NCBI GenBank assembly: GCA_963808235.1
Contig: CAWEEQ010000004.1
Location: 1,344,001-1,408,000 of the forward strand
Direction of reading: 5' to 3'
Origin: an uncultured delta proteobacterium
GTDB taxonomy: Bacteria; Desulfobacterota; Binatia; Binatales; Binataceae
Length of the DNA: 64,000 nt
The notes below the pieces were generated by a model that was given only the letters and a program-made list of their open reading frames with translations, did no database searches and was not told the DNA's origin. This document shows positions 44,434 to 54,269 of the stretch, one piece after another. Positions within the stretch are counted from its first letter, which is position 1. The number at the start of each line of letters is the position of its first letter. Position numbers and translations under genes: made by a program.

Positions 44434-46671
44434 ATGAAACCCAGAGCCACTAGTGCTGCAGCTATTTTGTCTTCGCGGTCCTTTCTATTAGTCCTGCTCA
44501 CTCTCGGACTAGCGGTCGCCGGCGGATCGGGAGCTTACCGAGCGGCCACGACACCGGCGGCGTTACCGCTGCAAATCAATGTGCTGTCGAACCGCGCCGA
44601 CTTGATCTCCGGCGGCGACGCGCTGGTCCAGATTGTCATTCCCACCGGGGTCAGTCCGTCATCGGTGGAGGTCACGCTCGGAGGCAAGAACATAACGAGC
44701 GAATTTGCGGTGCGTCCCAACGCCCTCTACGAGGGGCTGGTCACCGGCCTGGTGAACGGAGCGAATGCTCTGAAGGCGACGGCGACCGGCGCAGGATCGG
44801 CGGCAATCACAATCACCAACCATCCAAATGGCGGACCGATTTTCTCCGGCCCGCAAATTCAACCCTGGCCGTGCCTGGCCGGGGCCACCGATGCACAATG
44901 CAATCAGGCGGTCACCTATCAGTACGAGTACGTACAGGCTGGGACAGATCAATTTCAGTCGTATGATCCGAATAACCCGCCGACGCCGGGGACTATAGCT
45001 ACGACTACAACGGATCAAGGCAACACGGTGCCTTTTATCGTTCGAGTAGAGACTGGCGCTCAGGATCGCGGGCAGTATTCAGTCGCGGTACTCTTCGATC
45101 CAACTCAGGGCTGGCAGCCGTGGGCTCCGCAGAAAGCGTGGAACGGCAAGACCTACGTCACCGGAGGATCGGGATGCGGAGAGCATCACGGTGAAACCAC
45201 TCCACCAAGCGTGTTGGACAACGATGCGCTTGGCCGCGGCTTCATGGTGTGGTCGACGGCGCTCGATCACAATACGCAGAACTGCAACCTGGTGGTTCAA
45301 GCAGAGTCCCTGATGATGGCCAAGGAGCACATCATCGAGACCTACGGACCTATCCGCTACACAATCGGCAGTGGATGTTCCGGCGGTTCGATTTATCAGC
45401 AGCAAGCGGCGAACGACTATCCGGGAATTTTCGACGGAATCCTTCCCAACTGCAGCTTCACCGATTCCTGGTCGACTTCGATTGAGGTCGTGGATTGCAG
45501 GCTGATGGTGGACTACTTCGATAATCCCACTACTAAGTGGGGCACGGGCATCGCCTGGACTTCGACCCAGGAAGCGGCAGTCGAAGGAGAACCGGGACCC
45601 AACATTTGCGAAGCGTGGATCAATGTCTACGGTTTCGATGAGGGCGGCAACCCGCGAGAAGTCACTACGGGACCAGGGCTCTACGACGTCGAGGACTTCC
45701 AAAGTTGCAACGTGCCCGCGGCTGAGGCCTACGATCCGCAGACGAACCCCAAAGGTATCCGATGCGATCTCGCGGACTATTTCATAGACGAACTCGGTAA
45801 GCGGCCCAAGGACGGATTCGCCAACCGGCCGGCCGACAACGTCGGCGTACAGTACGGTTTGAACGCTCTTATGTCAGGCGAGATCACGCCGGCGCAATTC
45901 GTCGATCTGAATGTAAAACTCGGCAGCCGGGATATCGACTACAACCCGGTTCCCGGACGCACCCCAGCCGATCCCCCGGCGATACCCATTGCTTATCGCG
46001 GCGGCCTCTTCAACGAGGGGAACAACATGATCATCCCGATCATCGATTTGCGCGGGCATGATGTCGAGGAGATTCATACCGACTATCACAGCTATGAGAT
46101 GCGCGCGCGGCTGGATCGATCCCACGGCAATCACGACAACCAGGTCATCTGGACCGGCCCTGCTCCGCTGGCCGGCGATACCACGTTCGCTTCGATGGTG
46201 GCGGGATCATTTTCGTCGCCATTTGCTTCCCAGGCGCTGACGGTCATGGACGATTGGCTGTCCGCGATCGAGGCGGACAAGACCAATGTGCCGCTCGCGC
46301 AAAAGGTCGTGAACGACAAGCCCGCCGCGGCGCATGACGCGTGCTTCGATGGGACCGGCACCGAAATTACTGACCAGACCGTATGCCAGGCTCTGTATCC
46401 GTTCTACGCAGAGCCGCGGATTGCCGCGGGAGAGCCGTTCACCGGCGACATCCTCAAGTGCCAGTTGAAGGCGCTGGACATGGCAGACTATTTCCCGGTC
46501 CAGTTTACCGACGCTGAATGGACGCAGCTCGAAGATACCTTCCCGACGGGAGTGTGCGACTACAGCAAGCCGGGCGTAAATCAGCAGCCGACGATTCCCT
46601 GGATGAGCTACGCCGCCGGACCCGGTGGAAAGCCTTTGCCGCCGGCGCCGGTATCGGCGCCGCTGAAGTAG
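44434..46671 (+). CDS. Secreted DUF6351 / tannase-like alpha/beta hydrolase
   Basis: Signal peptide, LSNRADLISGGDALV, GSGCSGGS nucleophile, FPTGVCDYSKPG. Confidence 0.8.
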   Translation: MKPRATSAAAILSSRSFLLVLLTLGLAVAGGSGAYRAATTPAALPLQINVLSNRADLISGGDALVQIVIPTGVSPSSVEVTLGGKNITSEFAVRPNALYEGLVTGLVNGANALKATATGAGSAAITITNHPNGGPIFSGPQIQPWPCLAGATDAQCNQAVTYQYEYVQAGTDQFQSYDPNNPPTPGTIATTTTDQGNTVPFIVRVETGAQDRGQYSVAVLFDPTQGWQPWAPQKAWNGKTYVTGGSGCGEHHGETTPPSVLDNDALGRGFMVWSTALDHNTQNCNLVVQAESLMMAKEHIIETYGPIRYTIGSGCSGGSIYQQQAANDYPGIFDGILPNCSFTDSWSTSIEVVDCRLMVDYFDNPTTKWGTGIAWTSTQEAAVEGEPGPNICEAWINVYGFDEGGNPREVTTGPGLYDVEDFQSCNVPAAEAYDPQTNPKGIRCDLADYFIDELGKRPKDGFANRPADNVGVQYGLNALMSGEITPAQFVDLNVKLGSRDIDYNPVPGRTPADPPAIPIAYRGGLFNEGNNMIIPIIDLRGHDVEEIHTDYHSYEMRARLDRSHGNHDNQVIWTGPAPLAGDTTFASMVAGSFSSPFASQALTVMDDWLSAIEADKTNVPLAQKVVNDKPAAAHDACFDGTGTEITDQTVCQALYPFYAEPRIAAGEPFTGDILKCQLKALDMADYFPVQFTDAEWTQLEDTFPTGVCDYSKPGVNQQPTIPWMSYAAGPGGKPLPPAPVSAPLK

Positions 46672-46696
46672 GAGAGTCTGGCGACGCGCTACAGGT

Positions 46697-46754
46697 GCGA
46701 CGCAGCGCTTGCGACGGCTCGCGAGTTGGGAATGCGCGCTCGAGGAGCGCATCA
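46697..46754 (+). pseudogene. Remnant C-terminus of a wHTH-STAND paralog (direct repeat of 50963-51022)
   Basis: gcgacgcagcgcttgcgacggctcgcgagttgggaatgcgcgctcgaggagcgcatca versus gcgacacagcgctggcgacggctcgcgaactagggatgtgcgcgctcgaggagcggatca. Confidence 0.7.
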
Positions 46755-46802
46755 CCGCCGAGATAGCGCAGATGAAGCCGGACCTACACTAGGCGCGATC
46801 GA

Positions 46803-47090
46803 TCAAGCGCCGCGGGTCGGCGCGAACAGGTTCAGCGCTGAGGGCGAGATGCGCGATTCGCCCAATTCAATAATCACGTCCGCCGGCAGGTTCAGCCTCC
46901 GCGCCGCGTCGCGGATCGCCTCGGGATTGGGCGCCTCGTAGAGGCAGTAGGTCTTCTTCTTGTCTGCGCTCAGGAACGAGTAGATCCAGTCGATTCCGAC
47001 CTCGGAATTGACTTGGCAGACAGCAGTGGCGGCCTCGCGATTCACGTTCAGTTGGTCGGCAAAATTTCTCTCGATCAGATAGAGGGGCAT
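46803..47090 (-). CDS. DUF4242 (SCO4226-like) small protein
   Basis: MPLYLIERNF...WIYSFLSADKKKTYCLYEAPNPEAIR...LPAD; AAGGAG RBS. Confidence 0.88.
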   Translation of the reverse strand: MPLYLIERNFADQLNVNREAATAVCQVNSEVGIDWIYSFLSADKKKTYCLYEAPNPEAIRDAARRLNLPADVIIELGESRISPSALNLFAPTRGA

Positions 47091-47189
47091 TATGGTCTCC
47101 TTATTTTGTCTGCACCGCAGGGCTCGGGCGCAACGATTGGCAGCAACCGCGAGCACTGGCGCTGCTCGCGGTCGCCGCTTACCGATCAC

Positions 47190-47735
47190 TTACTTCACGT
47201 CTACTTCCATGCGCATCCAGGGATGTATGCAGCATTGGAAGAGATGCTTTCCCTTCGACAGGCCAGTGATATCCAGATGACTGCCTTGAAGAATTCGGGT
47301 CTTGGCGACGGCGACGGTGGAGAAACCACCGGCACATTCCGGGATAGCGGTGGTCGCGCTGCCAACGTTGAGCGGCGGTACGAATCCGTTACCGAACGCT
47401 TTCACTTCGGTGAAGGTGTGCGGCTCACCACCCTGGTCAACCACGGAAAGGATGTCGCCATTGTGGATCGTCACCTGGTCGGGTTCGAAGTCCCAACCCG
47501 GATCGGGGGTTCCAGCCTCCGCCCCGGCAAATAGATCAGACAAGGTAGTAAACGCTCCAAGCGTGACGTTCTTGCAAAAGTCGGGGCCCACCGCCGCGTT
47601 GAACGTGGTCGGATCGCATTCGTCCAATGCCACGACCTGGGCGAGGCCTGGCGAGCCTGGCTGCGCGCCCGCGTGTGTCGCGCCGGCTAAAATCGCCCAT
47701 CCCGCTATCAAAGTAAGTACCGCTACCTTTTTCAT
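47190..47735 (-). CDS. Secreted cupredoxin-like protein
   Basis: Signal peptide; EPHTFT and CCIHPWM type-1 copper ligands; extra Cys pair CDP...FC. Confidence 0.8.
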   Translation of the reverse strand: MKKVAVLTLIAGWAILAGATHAGAQPGSPGLAQVVALDECDPTTFNAAVGPDFCKNVTLGAFTTLSDLFAGAEAGTPDPGWDFEPDQVTIHNGDILSVVDQGGEPHTFTEVKAFGNGFVPPLNVGSATTAIPECAGGFSTVAVAKTRILQGSHLDITGLSKGKHLFQCCIHPWMRMEVDVK

Positions 47736-47820
47736 TACCGCTTCCTCCTGGTGATCATGATCTAGTGATCATGATGCCGCCATGTTCGAGCAGTCCGGCG
47801 GGTTAGCCAATGGACCAGGG

Positions 47821-47850
47821 CTGAATATCTCCTGAACTCTCTCTGAACTC
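47821..47850. promoter_or_regulatory. Three direct repeats with 11-bp period (putative wHTH operator)
   Basis: CTGAA at 47821, 47832 and 47843 (ctgaatatctc ctgaactctct ctgaactc). Confidence 0.55.
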
Positions 47851-47910
47851 GTCGAAGCAAAGCGGCTATACGCTCACCCACAACCCAAGTAGAATCCGCG
47901 ATCGCGACAA

Positions 47911-50900
47911 ATGTCTGAAGGTCTCTTCCAGTTTGAGGATTTTGTGCTGGACCGCGGCGCTTACGAGCTGCGCCGGGGCGGCGTGGCCGTTGCGCTCCAG
48001 CGGATTCCGCTCGAGCTGCTATGCCTGCTGATCGAGCGCCGTGGAAATCTCGTGACGCGCGAGGAAATTATCGAGCGTGTCTGGGGCAAAGGAGTCTTCG
48101 TCGATAGCGAGACCAGCATCAACACCGCGGTGCGAAAGCTCAGGCGAGCTTTGAAAGACGACCCCGAGTCGCCGCGATTCGTCGCTACCGTCCCCTCCAG
48201 GGGCTACCGCTTTGTCGGAGAGATTCGCGGACCGAAGATAAGCAGGTCGGAGCAAGTTCGAGCACGGACTCCGGGTGTGATGGTGGGACGCGAGCGCGAG
48301 CTGGCTTCGATCATGAGCGGACTCGAAGATGCGGCTTCCGGGCGCGGGCGCCTGTTCCTTATTTCCGGCGAACCCGGCGTGGGCAAGACGCGGTTGGCGG
48401 ATGAGGTTGCCGCCGCGGCTGACGCGAAGCGAATGGCGATTCTGGTCGGGCATTGCTCCGAGCACGACGAAGCCGTCGCTTATCTCCCGTTCGTGGAAAT
48501 CCTCGAGAACTTCGTCGATCGCATACGAGACCTCGATAGTCTGCGCGCTGCGCTGGGCGACCAGGGGCCGGAGCTGGCGCGTTTGCTGCCCAAGCTCAAG
48601 AGCATCCTGCCCGAGCTTCCGCCGCCGCTCGATTTGCCGCCGGCACAAGCGCGGAGGCACCTGTTCAATTGCGTTTTCGACTTCATCGCGCGAATCGCTT
48701 CGACCCAACCCGCGCTGATGATCCTCGAGGACCTTCACTGGGCCGACGATTCGACCTTGTCGCTGCTCGATCACCTGACCCAGCGACTTTCCGATCTGCC
48801 GCTGATGGTGATCGGCACCTATCGTGACGCTGAGCTCAATGTAAGTCGCGGTCTGGCCAAGACGCTGGAAGATTTACTGCGCGGGCGGCTTGCGAATGGG
48901 GTGAGGCTCAAAGGTCTACCGCGTGATGAAGTGGCCGCGATGCTGAGTAGCCTCAGCGGAAAGTCGCCGCCTGCCGCCGTGGTTGGCGAGATATTCGCCG
49001 AGACCGAAGGCAACCCGTTCTTCGTCGAGGAACTGTTCAGGCATCTTGAGGAGGAGAATCGACTGTACGATTCGTCGGGACAATTTCGCGCCGAGCTCCA
49101 GATTGCCGAGTTGGACGCGCCGCCGACTGTGCGGCTGGTCGTCGCGCGGCGTCTCGCACGGCTGAGCGACCCGACGCAGAAGGTGCTCGCGACGGCGGCG
49201 GTGATCGGGCGCGTTTTCAGTTTTGAAATTCTTCAAGCTTCGAACGAGGCTGACACAGGTTCAATTCTCGAGTGCGTCGAGGAAGCCGAAAAAGCCGGGC
49301 TCGTATTCTCGGTCGCGGAAAGTCCCAAGGCCCGGTTTGCGTTCTCCCACGAGCTCACTCGCCAGGCGGTGCTCGCTGGCGTGTCGGCCGCGCGGCGCCA
49401 GCGGCTTCATCTCGAAGTGGCCGAAGCGATCGAGCGAACCTATTCCACGGCGTCGGAATCGAAATCCGGCGAGAGTCTGGACGACCACGTCGCTGAGCTG
49501 GCGCATCACTATGTGCAGGGCGCCAACAACCCGCAGGCAGTGAAATATCTCCATCTCGCGGGCCAGCAGGCGGCGCGCCGTTGGGCGCATCTGGAAGCGA
49601 TCAGCCACCTTAAGAAGGGGCTCGAACTTCTCGGGTCCCCACCGGCCCCGCCTGAGCGGAGTCGGCCCGCGGACGAAGCTCAACGGTACTCGCTCCTGTT
49701 CCTGCTTGGACAAGCGCAATGGCATGCGGGCGAATTTATTGAGGCGGGAGAAACGCTTCTTGGTGCAGCCAACGTGGCCCAAGTGCTGGGGTCAACCGAG
49801 AGCCTGGTCAGGACGGCCGTGAAACTCGTACGTATGACGTGCAGCGTCGGTCTTCCCGTACCGGGAACGGGTGACCTGCTCGAGGATGCGCTGCAGAGAC
49901 TCGGAACGGAGGACAGCCCCCTCAAAGCGAGGACGCTGGCCGGCCTGGCATACTACCTGGGGGTCACCGGCGAGCGGAAAAAACTGATGGTGTACGCGCC
50001 GCAAGCGGTTGCGATGGCCCGAAGCTTTGGCGATCCGGATCTGGTCGCCTACAGCCTGCTCGGAATGATGTTCGCCCTCTCGGGGCCGGAGCACGCTGAA
50101 GCGCGGCTCGCGCTCACAACAGAAATGCTCGACCTTGCCACGACTGCGAATAACCCGGAGTTGCATGCCGACGGAACCTTTCATCGCGGGTATTGCCTGC
50201 TCGAGTTGGGAGATGTGGCGGCGTCCGACCGGGAATTGGACGCATGGAAACGATGGTCGGAAGAGACCAATCAATCTTTTTATCTCTCCGTTGCCATAAC
50301 GTATCAGGCCATGCGGGCATTGATGCACGGCCGGTTCGAAGACAGCGAGCGCCTGGCTCAGCAAGCGCTGACGACGGGACAGAGTTTGCAACTGGAAACC
50401 ACTGCCGGCGTCTTTGGGCTCCAGATGTTTGCGCTGCGCCGCGAGCAGGGCGGGCTCAGGCAAATCGAGCCCATGGTCCGGCTTTTTCTCCAGCAACATT
50501 CTGCCGCGGCCGCATGGCGCCCCGGCCTGGCGGTGATCTACGCCGAACTTGGGCGAACGACGGAGGCGCGAGCGGAATTCGAGACCCTGGCGATGCATGA
50601 CTTTGCCGACCTACCCCGCGATGCGATGTGGATGGGAACCATGTCTTACCTCGCTGACGTCTGCACCTTCCTGAAGGACAGCGGCCGGGCAGAAACGTTG
50701 TACAAGATTCTGCTGCCGTTCGCCGGGCGCAATGTAGTCATGAGCGACGGCGCGGCCTGCTACGGCGCCCTCTCTCGATACCTCGGCGCGTTAGCAACCA
50801 CGCTCGAGCAGTGGGATGAAGCGACGCGCCATTTTGAAGACGCACTCGCGATGAACACGCGCATGGACACGCCCGTCTGGCTCGCGCATACGCAAGCTCA

Positions 50901-51036
50901 GTACGCCGCGCTGCTCCTTGCTCGCAATCGGGCGGGCGACCGGAAGAAGGCGGGGGTGCTGCGCGACACAGCGCTGGCGACGGCTCGCGAACTAGGGATG
51001 TGCGCGCTCGAGGAGCGGATCATTCTCTCCGCGTGA
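47911..51036 (+). CDS. OmpR-type wHTH + STAND AAA ATPase + TPR transcriptional regulator
   Basis: LVTREEI...VRKLRRAL.D...TVPSRGYRF; VGRERE, GEPGVGKT, LEDLHWAD, GNPFF; TPR C-terminus. Confidence 0.9.
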   Translation: MSEGLFQFEDFVLDRGAYELRRGGVAVALQRIPLELLCLLIERRGNLVTREEIIERVWGKGVFVDSETSINTAVRKLRRALKDDPESPRFVATVPSRGYRFVGEIRGPKISRSEQVRARTPGVMVGRERELASIMSGLEDAASGRGRLFLISGEPGVGKTRLADEVAAAADAKRMAILVGHCSEHDEAVAYLPFVEILENFVDRIRDLDSLRAALGDQGPELARLLPKLKSILPELPPPLDLPPAQARRHLFNCVFDFIARIASTQPALMILEDLHWADDSTLSLLDHLTQRLSDLPLMVIGTYRDAELNVSRGLAKTLEDLLRGRLANGVRLKGLPRDEVAAMLSSLSGKSPPAAVVGEIFAETEGNPFFVEELFRHLEEENRLYDSSGQFRAELQIAELDAPPTVRLVVARRLARLSDPTQKVLATAAVIGRVFSFEILQASNEADTGSILECVEEAEKAGLVFSVAESPKARFAFSHELTRQAVLAGVSAARRQRLHLEVAEAIERTYSTASESKSGESLDDHVAELAHHYVQGANNPQAVKYLHLAGQQAARRWAHLEAISHLKKGLELLGSPPAPPERSRPADEAQRYSLLFLLGQAQWHAGEFIEAGETLLGAANVAQVLGSTESLVRTAVKLVRMTCSVGLPVPGTGDLLEDALQRLGTEDSPLKARTLAGLAYYLGVTGERKKLMVYAPQAVAMARSFGDPDLVAYSLLGMMFALSGPEHAEARLALTTEMLDLATTANNPELHADGTFHRGYCLLELGDVAASDRELDAWKRWSEETNQSFYLSVAITYQAMRALMHGRFEDSERLAQQALTTGQSLQLETTAGVFGLQMFALRREQGGLRQIEPMVRLFLQQHSAAAAWRPGLAVIYAELGRTTEARAEFETLAMHDFADLPRDAMWMGTMSYLADVCTFLKDSGRAETLYKILLPFAGRNVVMSDGAACYGALSRYLGALATTLEQWDEATRHFEDALAMNTRMDTPVWLAHTQAQYAALLLARNRAGDRKKAGVLRDTALATARELGMCALEERIILSA

Positions 51037-51058
51037 TGCGAGCTGATGGTTTCCGCAG

Positions 51059-52333
51059 TCATGCGTAGCGGAGCCAGCGGGCGATCTCGCGGATCGACGG
51101 GCGCTTGCCGTGCATCAGGATGCCGACCCGGTAGATACGCCCGCAGATGAGCATCGCCGCGCCGATGGTAGCGAGCAGGACGATCAGTGAAAGCGCGACT
51201 TGCCACACCGGCGGATCGTGCACGGCCATTCGCTCGAACATAAGGATCGGCGCGCAGAACGGAAATATCGACGCAATCACGGCGACTGCCGAGTCGGACG
51301 AAGTCGCCACCGGCAGTATCAGCGCTGACGACGCGATCAGGGGCAGGATGATCACGAAGTTCCACTGCTGCGCGTCGTCGATCGAATTGAAGATCGCGCC
51401 GACGCCGGCGAAGATCGCGCTATAGAGCAGGTAGCCGAGCAAATAAAAGATGATGAAGGAAATGATTATCGACGGGCCGACGTCGAGCACGTTGATCGCG
51501 GCGCGGACATACATGCTGCGCGAGGCGGTGAATGCCGCCAGTCCGAGCCACACGCCAATCTGGGTCAGGCCAACACTGCCGGTGCCGATAATTTTCCCGG
51601 TCATCAGTTCCTGCGCGGTCGTCGAACAGAGCAGCACTTCGGTGATGCGCGAGGTTTTTTCCTCCATCACCGATCGCATCACCATGACGCCGTAAGTAAG
51701 AAGCGAAAAGCACATCACGAAGAGCAACACGAAGACTACCGCCGCGCCGCGCACCGCGTTGAAGACGGAGAACGAGTTGGCGGGTTTGACCGTGGTCACA
51801 TCGACCCGCTGCAGGGTCGTGGCAACGTCGTCGGCCGAGGTGCCGCGACTCACCATCTGCTCGGCCGCGAAGGCGTACGAGAGCGCGGCTGCGAGACGAT
51901 TTTGCAGAATGAAATCGCCCATCCGATTGGTAGTGAGAACCACGTGGCGGCTCGTGCGCGCGGGACCGTCAAGCCAGACGTAGCCGTCGATCTCCGATGC
52001 AGCGGCCTGCTTCGCAAGCTGTTGATGCGCGGCCTCGTTGGCCGGCGAAACGATCGAGACGACGTAGCGGCCGCGGGCGGAGCGCATCAGTTCGCCGCGG
52101 GCCAGGTCCGCGAGCGCACGGTTGTCGCACGCGATCGCAAGGCGCACCGGCTGCGAGTTGTATCGCATCATGCCGTTTACCGTCGATCCGGCGATCAACG
52201 CGGGCAGCGTCAAGATCGTGAGCATCAGCACCGGAGTTGCAAAGGTCGAAAGCAGGAACGAGCGGGTCCGCACCCGCGCGCCGTACTCGCGCTTGGCTAC
52301 GATCCAGACGTTGCGGAGCCGGAACTCAGTCAT
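51059..52333 (-). CDS. ABC-2 permease (NatB-like)
   Basis: VAKREY, EEKTSRITEVLL, GKIIG, multiple TM helices. Confidence 0.9.
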   Translation of the reverse strand: MTEFRLRNVWIVAKREYGARVRTRSFLLSTFATPVLMLTILTLPALIAGSTVNGMMRYNSQPVRLAIACDNRALADLARGELMRSARGRYVVSIVSPANEAAHQQLAKQAAASEIDGYVWLDGPARTSRHVVLTTNRMGDFILQNRLAAALSYAFAAEQMVSRGTSADDVATTLQRVDVTTVKPANSFSVFNAVRGAAVVFVLLFVMCFSLLTYGVMVMRSVMEEKTSRITEVLLCSTTAQELMTGKIIGTGSVGLTQIGVWLGLAAFTASRSMYVRAAINVLDVGPSIIISFIIFYLLGYLLYSAIFAGVGAIFNSIDDAQQWNFVIILPLIASSALILPVATSSDSAVAVIASIFPFCAPILMFERMAVHDPPVWQVALSLIVLLATIGAAMLICGRIYRVGILMHGKRPSIREIARWLRYA

Positions 52334-53231
52334 CGTTCCTCACGATTCGATCGATGAAGATCTGTTCGAGCGAGGGCTCCATCACCTGGAACCTTTTCAC
52401 GTGCAGCACCTTCATCGCGGCTTGCAGCAGCGCTTGCGAATCGGCGCCGGGTTTCAGGCGCAACTCAGCGTGGTTGCCGTAGTCGTTCAATGATTCGATC
52501 AGCGGATTTGCGGCCAGGCAGCGGCCGTCGCCGTCGTAGTCGATTTGCACGAACCGCCGCCCGTATCCGGATTTGATTTCGTTGAGGCTTCCCTGCAGCA
52601 CCGACTTGCCGCGATCGATAAGCAGGATCGAGTCGCACAGCTTCTCCACCTGGTCCATCCGATGGGTCGAAAAGAGGATCGTCTTGCCCGCGCCACGAAG
52701 TTCCATGAGGACGTCTTTGAGCTGCATCGAGTTTACCGGATCGAGTCCCGCGAACGGCTCGTCCATCACGATCAGCTCTGGATCGTGCAGCAGCGCCGCG
52801 ATGAACTGGATCTTCTGCTGCATCCCCTTCGAGAGTTCCTCGACCCGGCGCTCAAGCCAGTCAACGGTTTCGAGCCGCTCGCTCCACGCGCGAATTCGCT
52901 CGAGCGCGGTGGTGACCGAAAGCCCGGCAAGTCGCGCGAGGAAAATCAGGTTGTTGCGCACCGTCATCCGGCGGTAGAGACCGCGCTCTTCGGGAAGGTA
53001 GCCGACGCGATGCAATATCTGCCGGCTGAGCGGCGCATCGAAAAGGCGGACGACGCCGGAGTCCGGTACCGTGATCCCGATCATCATTCGGATGGTGCTG
53101 GTCTTGCCCGCGCCGTTAGGCCCGAGCAGGCCAAAAATCTGTCCCGATGAAATCCCGAACGAAAGATCGTCAACGGCTACGAAGCCACCATACGATTTCC
53201 GGACTCGAGTCAGTTCGACCGTCTGCGCCAT
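52326..53231 (-). CDS. ABC transporter ATP-binding subunit (NatA-like)
   Basis: GPNGAGKT, LSKGMQQK, MDEPF. Confidence 0.93.
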   Translation of the reverse strand: MAQTVELTRVRKSYGGFVAVDDLSFGISSGQIFGLLGPNGAGKTSTIRMMIGITVPDSGVVRLFDAPLSRQILHRVGYLPEERGLYRRMTVRNNLIFLARLAGLSVTTALERIRAWSERLETVDWLERRVEELSKGMQQKIQFIAALLHDPELIVMDEPFAGLDPVNSMQLKDVLMELRGAGKTILFSTHRMDQVEKLCDSILLIDRGKSVLQGSLNEIKSGYGRRFVQIDYDGDGRCLAANPLIESLNDYGNHAELRLKPGADSQALLQAAMKVLHVKRFQVMEPSLEQIFIDRIVRNDD

Positions 53232-53284
53232 CAAACGTTGGCTGCGACCGACGACCGGATACGGCGCGGCATCACTACGCCCTG

Positions 53285-54115
53285 CTAATGCGCCCATACC
53301 ATCCTGGGGTTTTGCTCCCACGGATAAACGTGAACCATCCAACCGAACACCTGCGGATAAAATCGCCCGTTCACCGCGTCGCAGTCGGCCTTGGTCGCGA
53401 TCGATCCGTTGAAGCCGAACTTCGTCCAATCTGCGGTCTTCATGTCGGTGCCGCGGGCGGGGAAGCAAAGATTGATATGCCGATGCCATCGCGCGACGCT
53501 CAGCGGCACTCGTTCGTTGAGCTGATCCGCGCTCGCGTTCTTGCGATCGGTGTACATCGCGCCAATAAGCTTGTAACCGCCGTCGGGCGTGCGCTCGTAG
53601 AGCAGCGAGGTCGGCTCGTCGGGATTGAAAGTGAACGCGGCCTTGAGGGCGTTCCAATTCCTGGTGAAATGAACGACCTTCTGATTCTTGATTTCAGGAT
53701 GAAACGGCTTGAAGCCCTCGGCCTCCGCGGCGTGATAATCCTTGTACTTGCCGAGCGCGCGCTGAAGGTCGCTCACGATGCTCGCGGCGCGCGCCTTGTC
53801 CGCGGCGGTCTCCGGCCGGAGCGCCGTGTACGCCATGTGCTTCGACATGTTCTTCATGCCTTGACCCATGTGCATATCGTGATCCATCTCGGGTCCGCCG
53901 GACATCGCCTCCATCTCGCCTTCTTTCATGTTGCCCGGATCGGGAGGGACGGTTGCCGACGTCGGTGACTTTTCGCTATCTCCCATGCTTGCGCCGCCCA
54001 TATCCATGCCCTTCATATCGTCGCCTTTCATGTTTTGCGCGAAAGCGATCGAGGCTATCGAGAGCGTCAGCGCGCATGCGACTGCGAGTCTCACGGCCAG
54101 CGATTGAGTCTTCAT
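53285..54115 (-). CDS. Secreted Met/His-rich hypothetical protein
   Basis: Signal peptide ending AFA; MKGDDMKGMDM...MDHDMHM; PTSLLY, WHRH..LC, C...GWMVHV. Confidence 0.75.
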   Translation of the reverse strand: MKTQSLAVRLAVACALTLSIASIAFAQNMKGDDMKGMDMGGASMGDSEKSPTSATVPPDPGNMKEGEMEAMSGGPEMDHDMHMGQGMKNMSKHMAYTALRPETAADKARAASIVSDLQRALGKYKDYHAAEAEGFKPFHPEIKNQKVVHFTRNWNALKAAFTFNPDEPTSLLYERTPDGGYKLIGAMYTDRKNASADQLNERVPLSVARWHRHINLCFPARGTDMKTADWTKFGFNGSIATKADCDAVNGRFYPQVFGWMVHVYPWEQNPRMVWAH

Positions 54116-54269
54116 GAGGGCGTATTCCCCGAGGGTGAGTGTAGACTTTGGAGAGCCTCTCGCCAACGGCCTTGCAGTCTCATAACTAACGTAGTCCGCT
54201 GCCCACCTTTCACCGCTTACCTGGAACTGGTGCGAGCGCTCCGTTGTGATAGACGTAGCGCGGAGTCAT

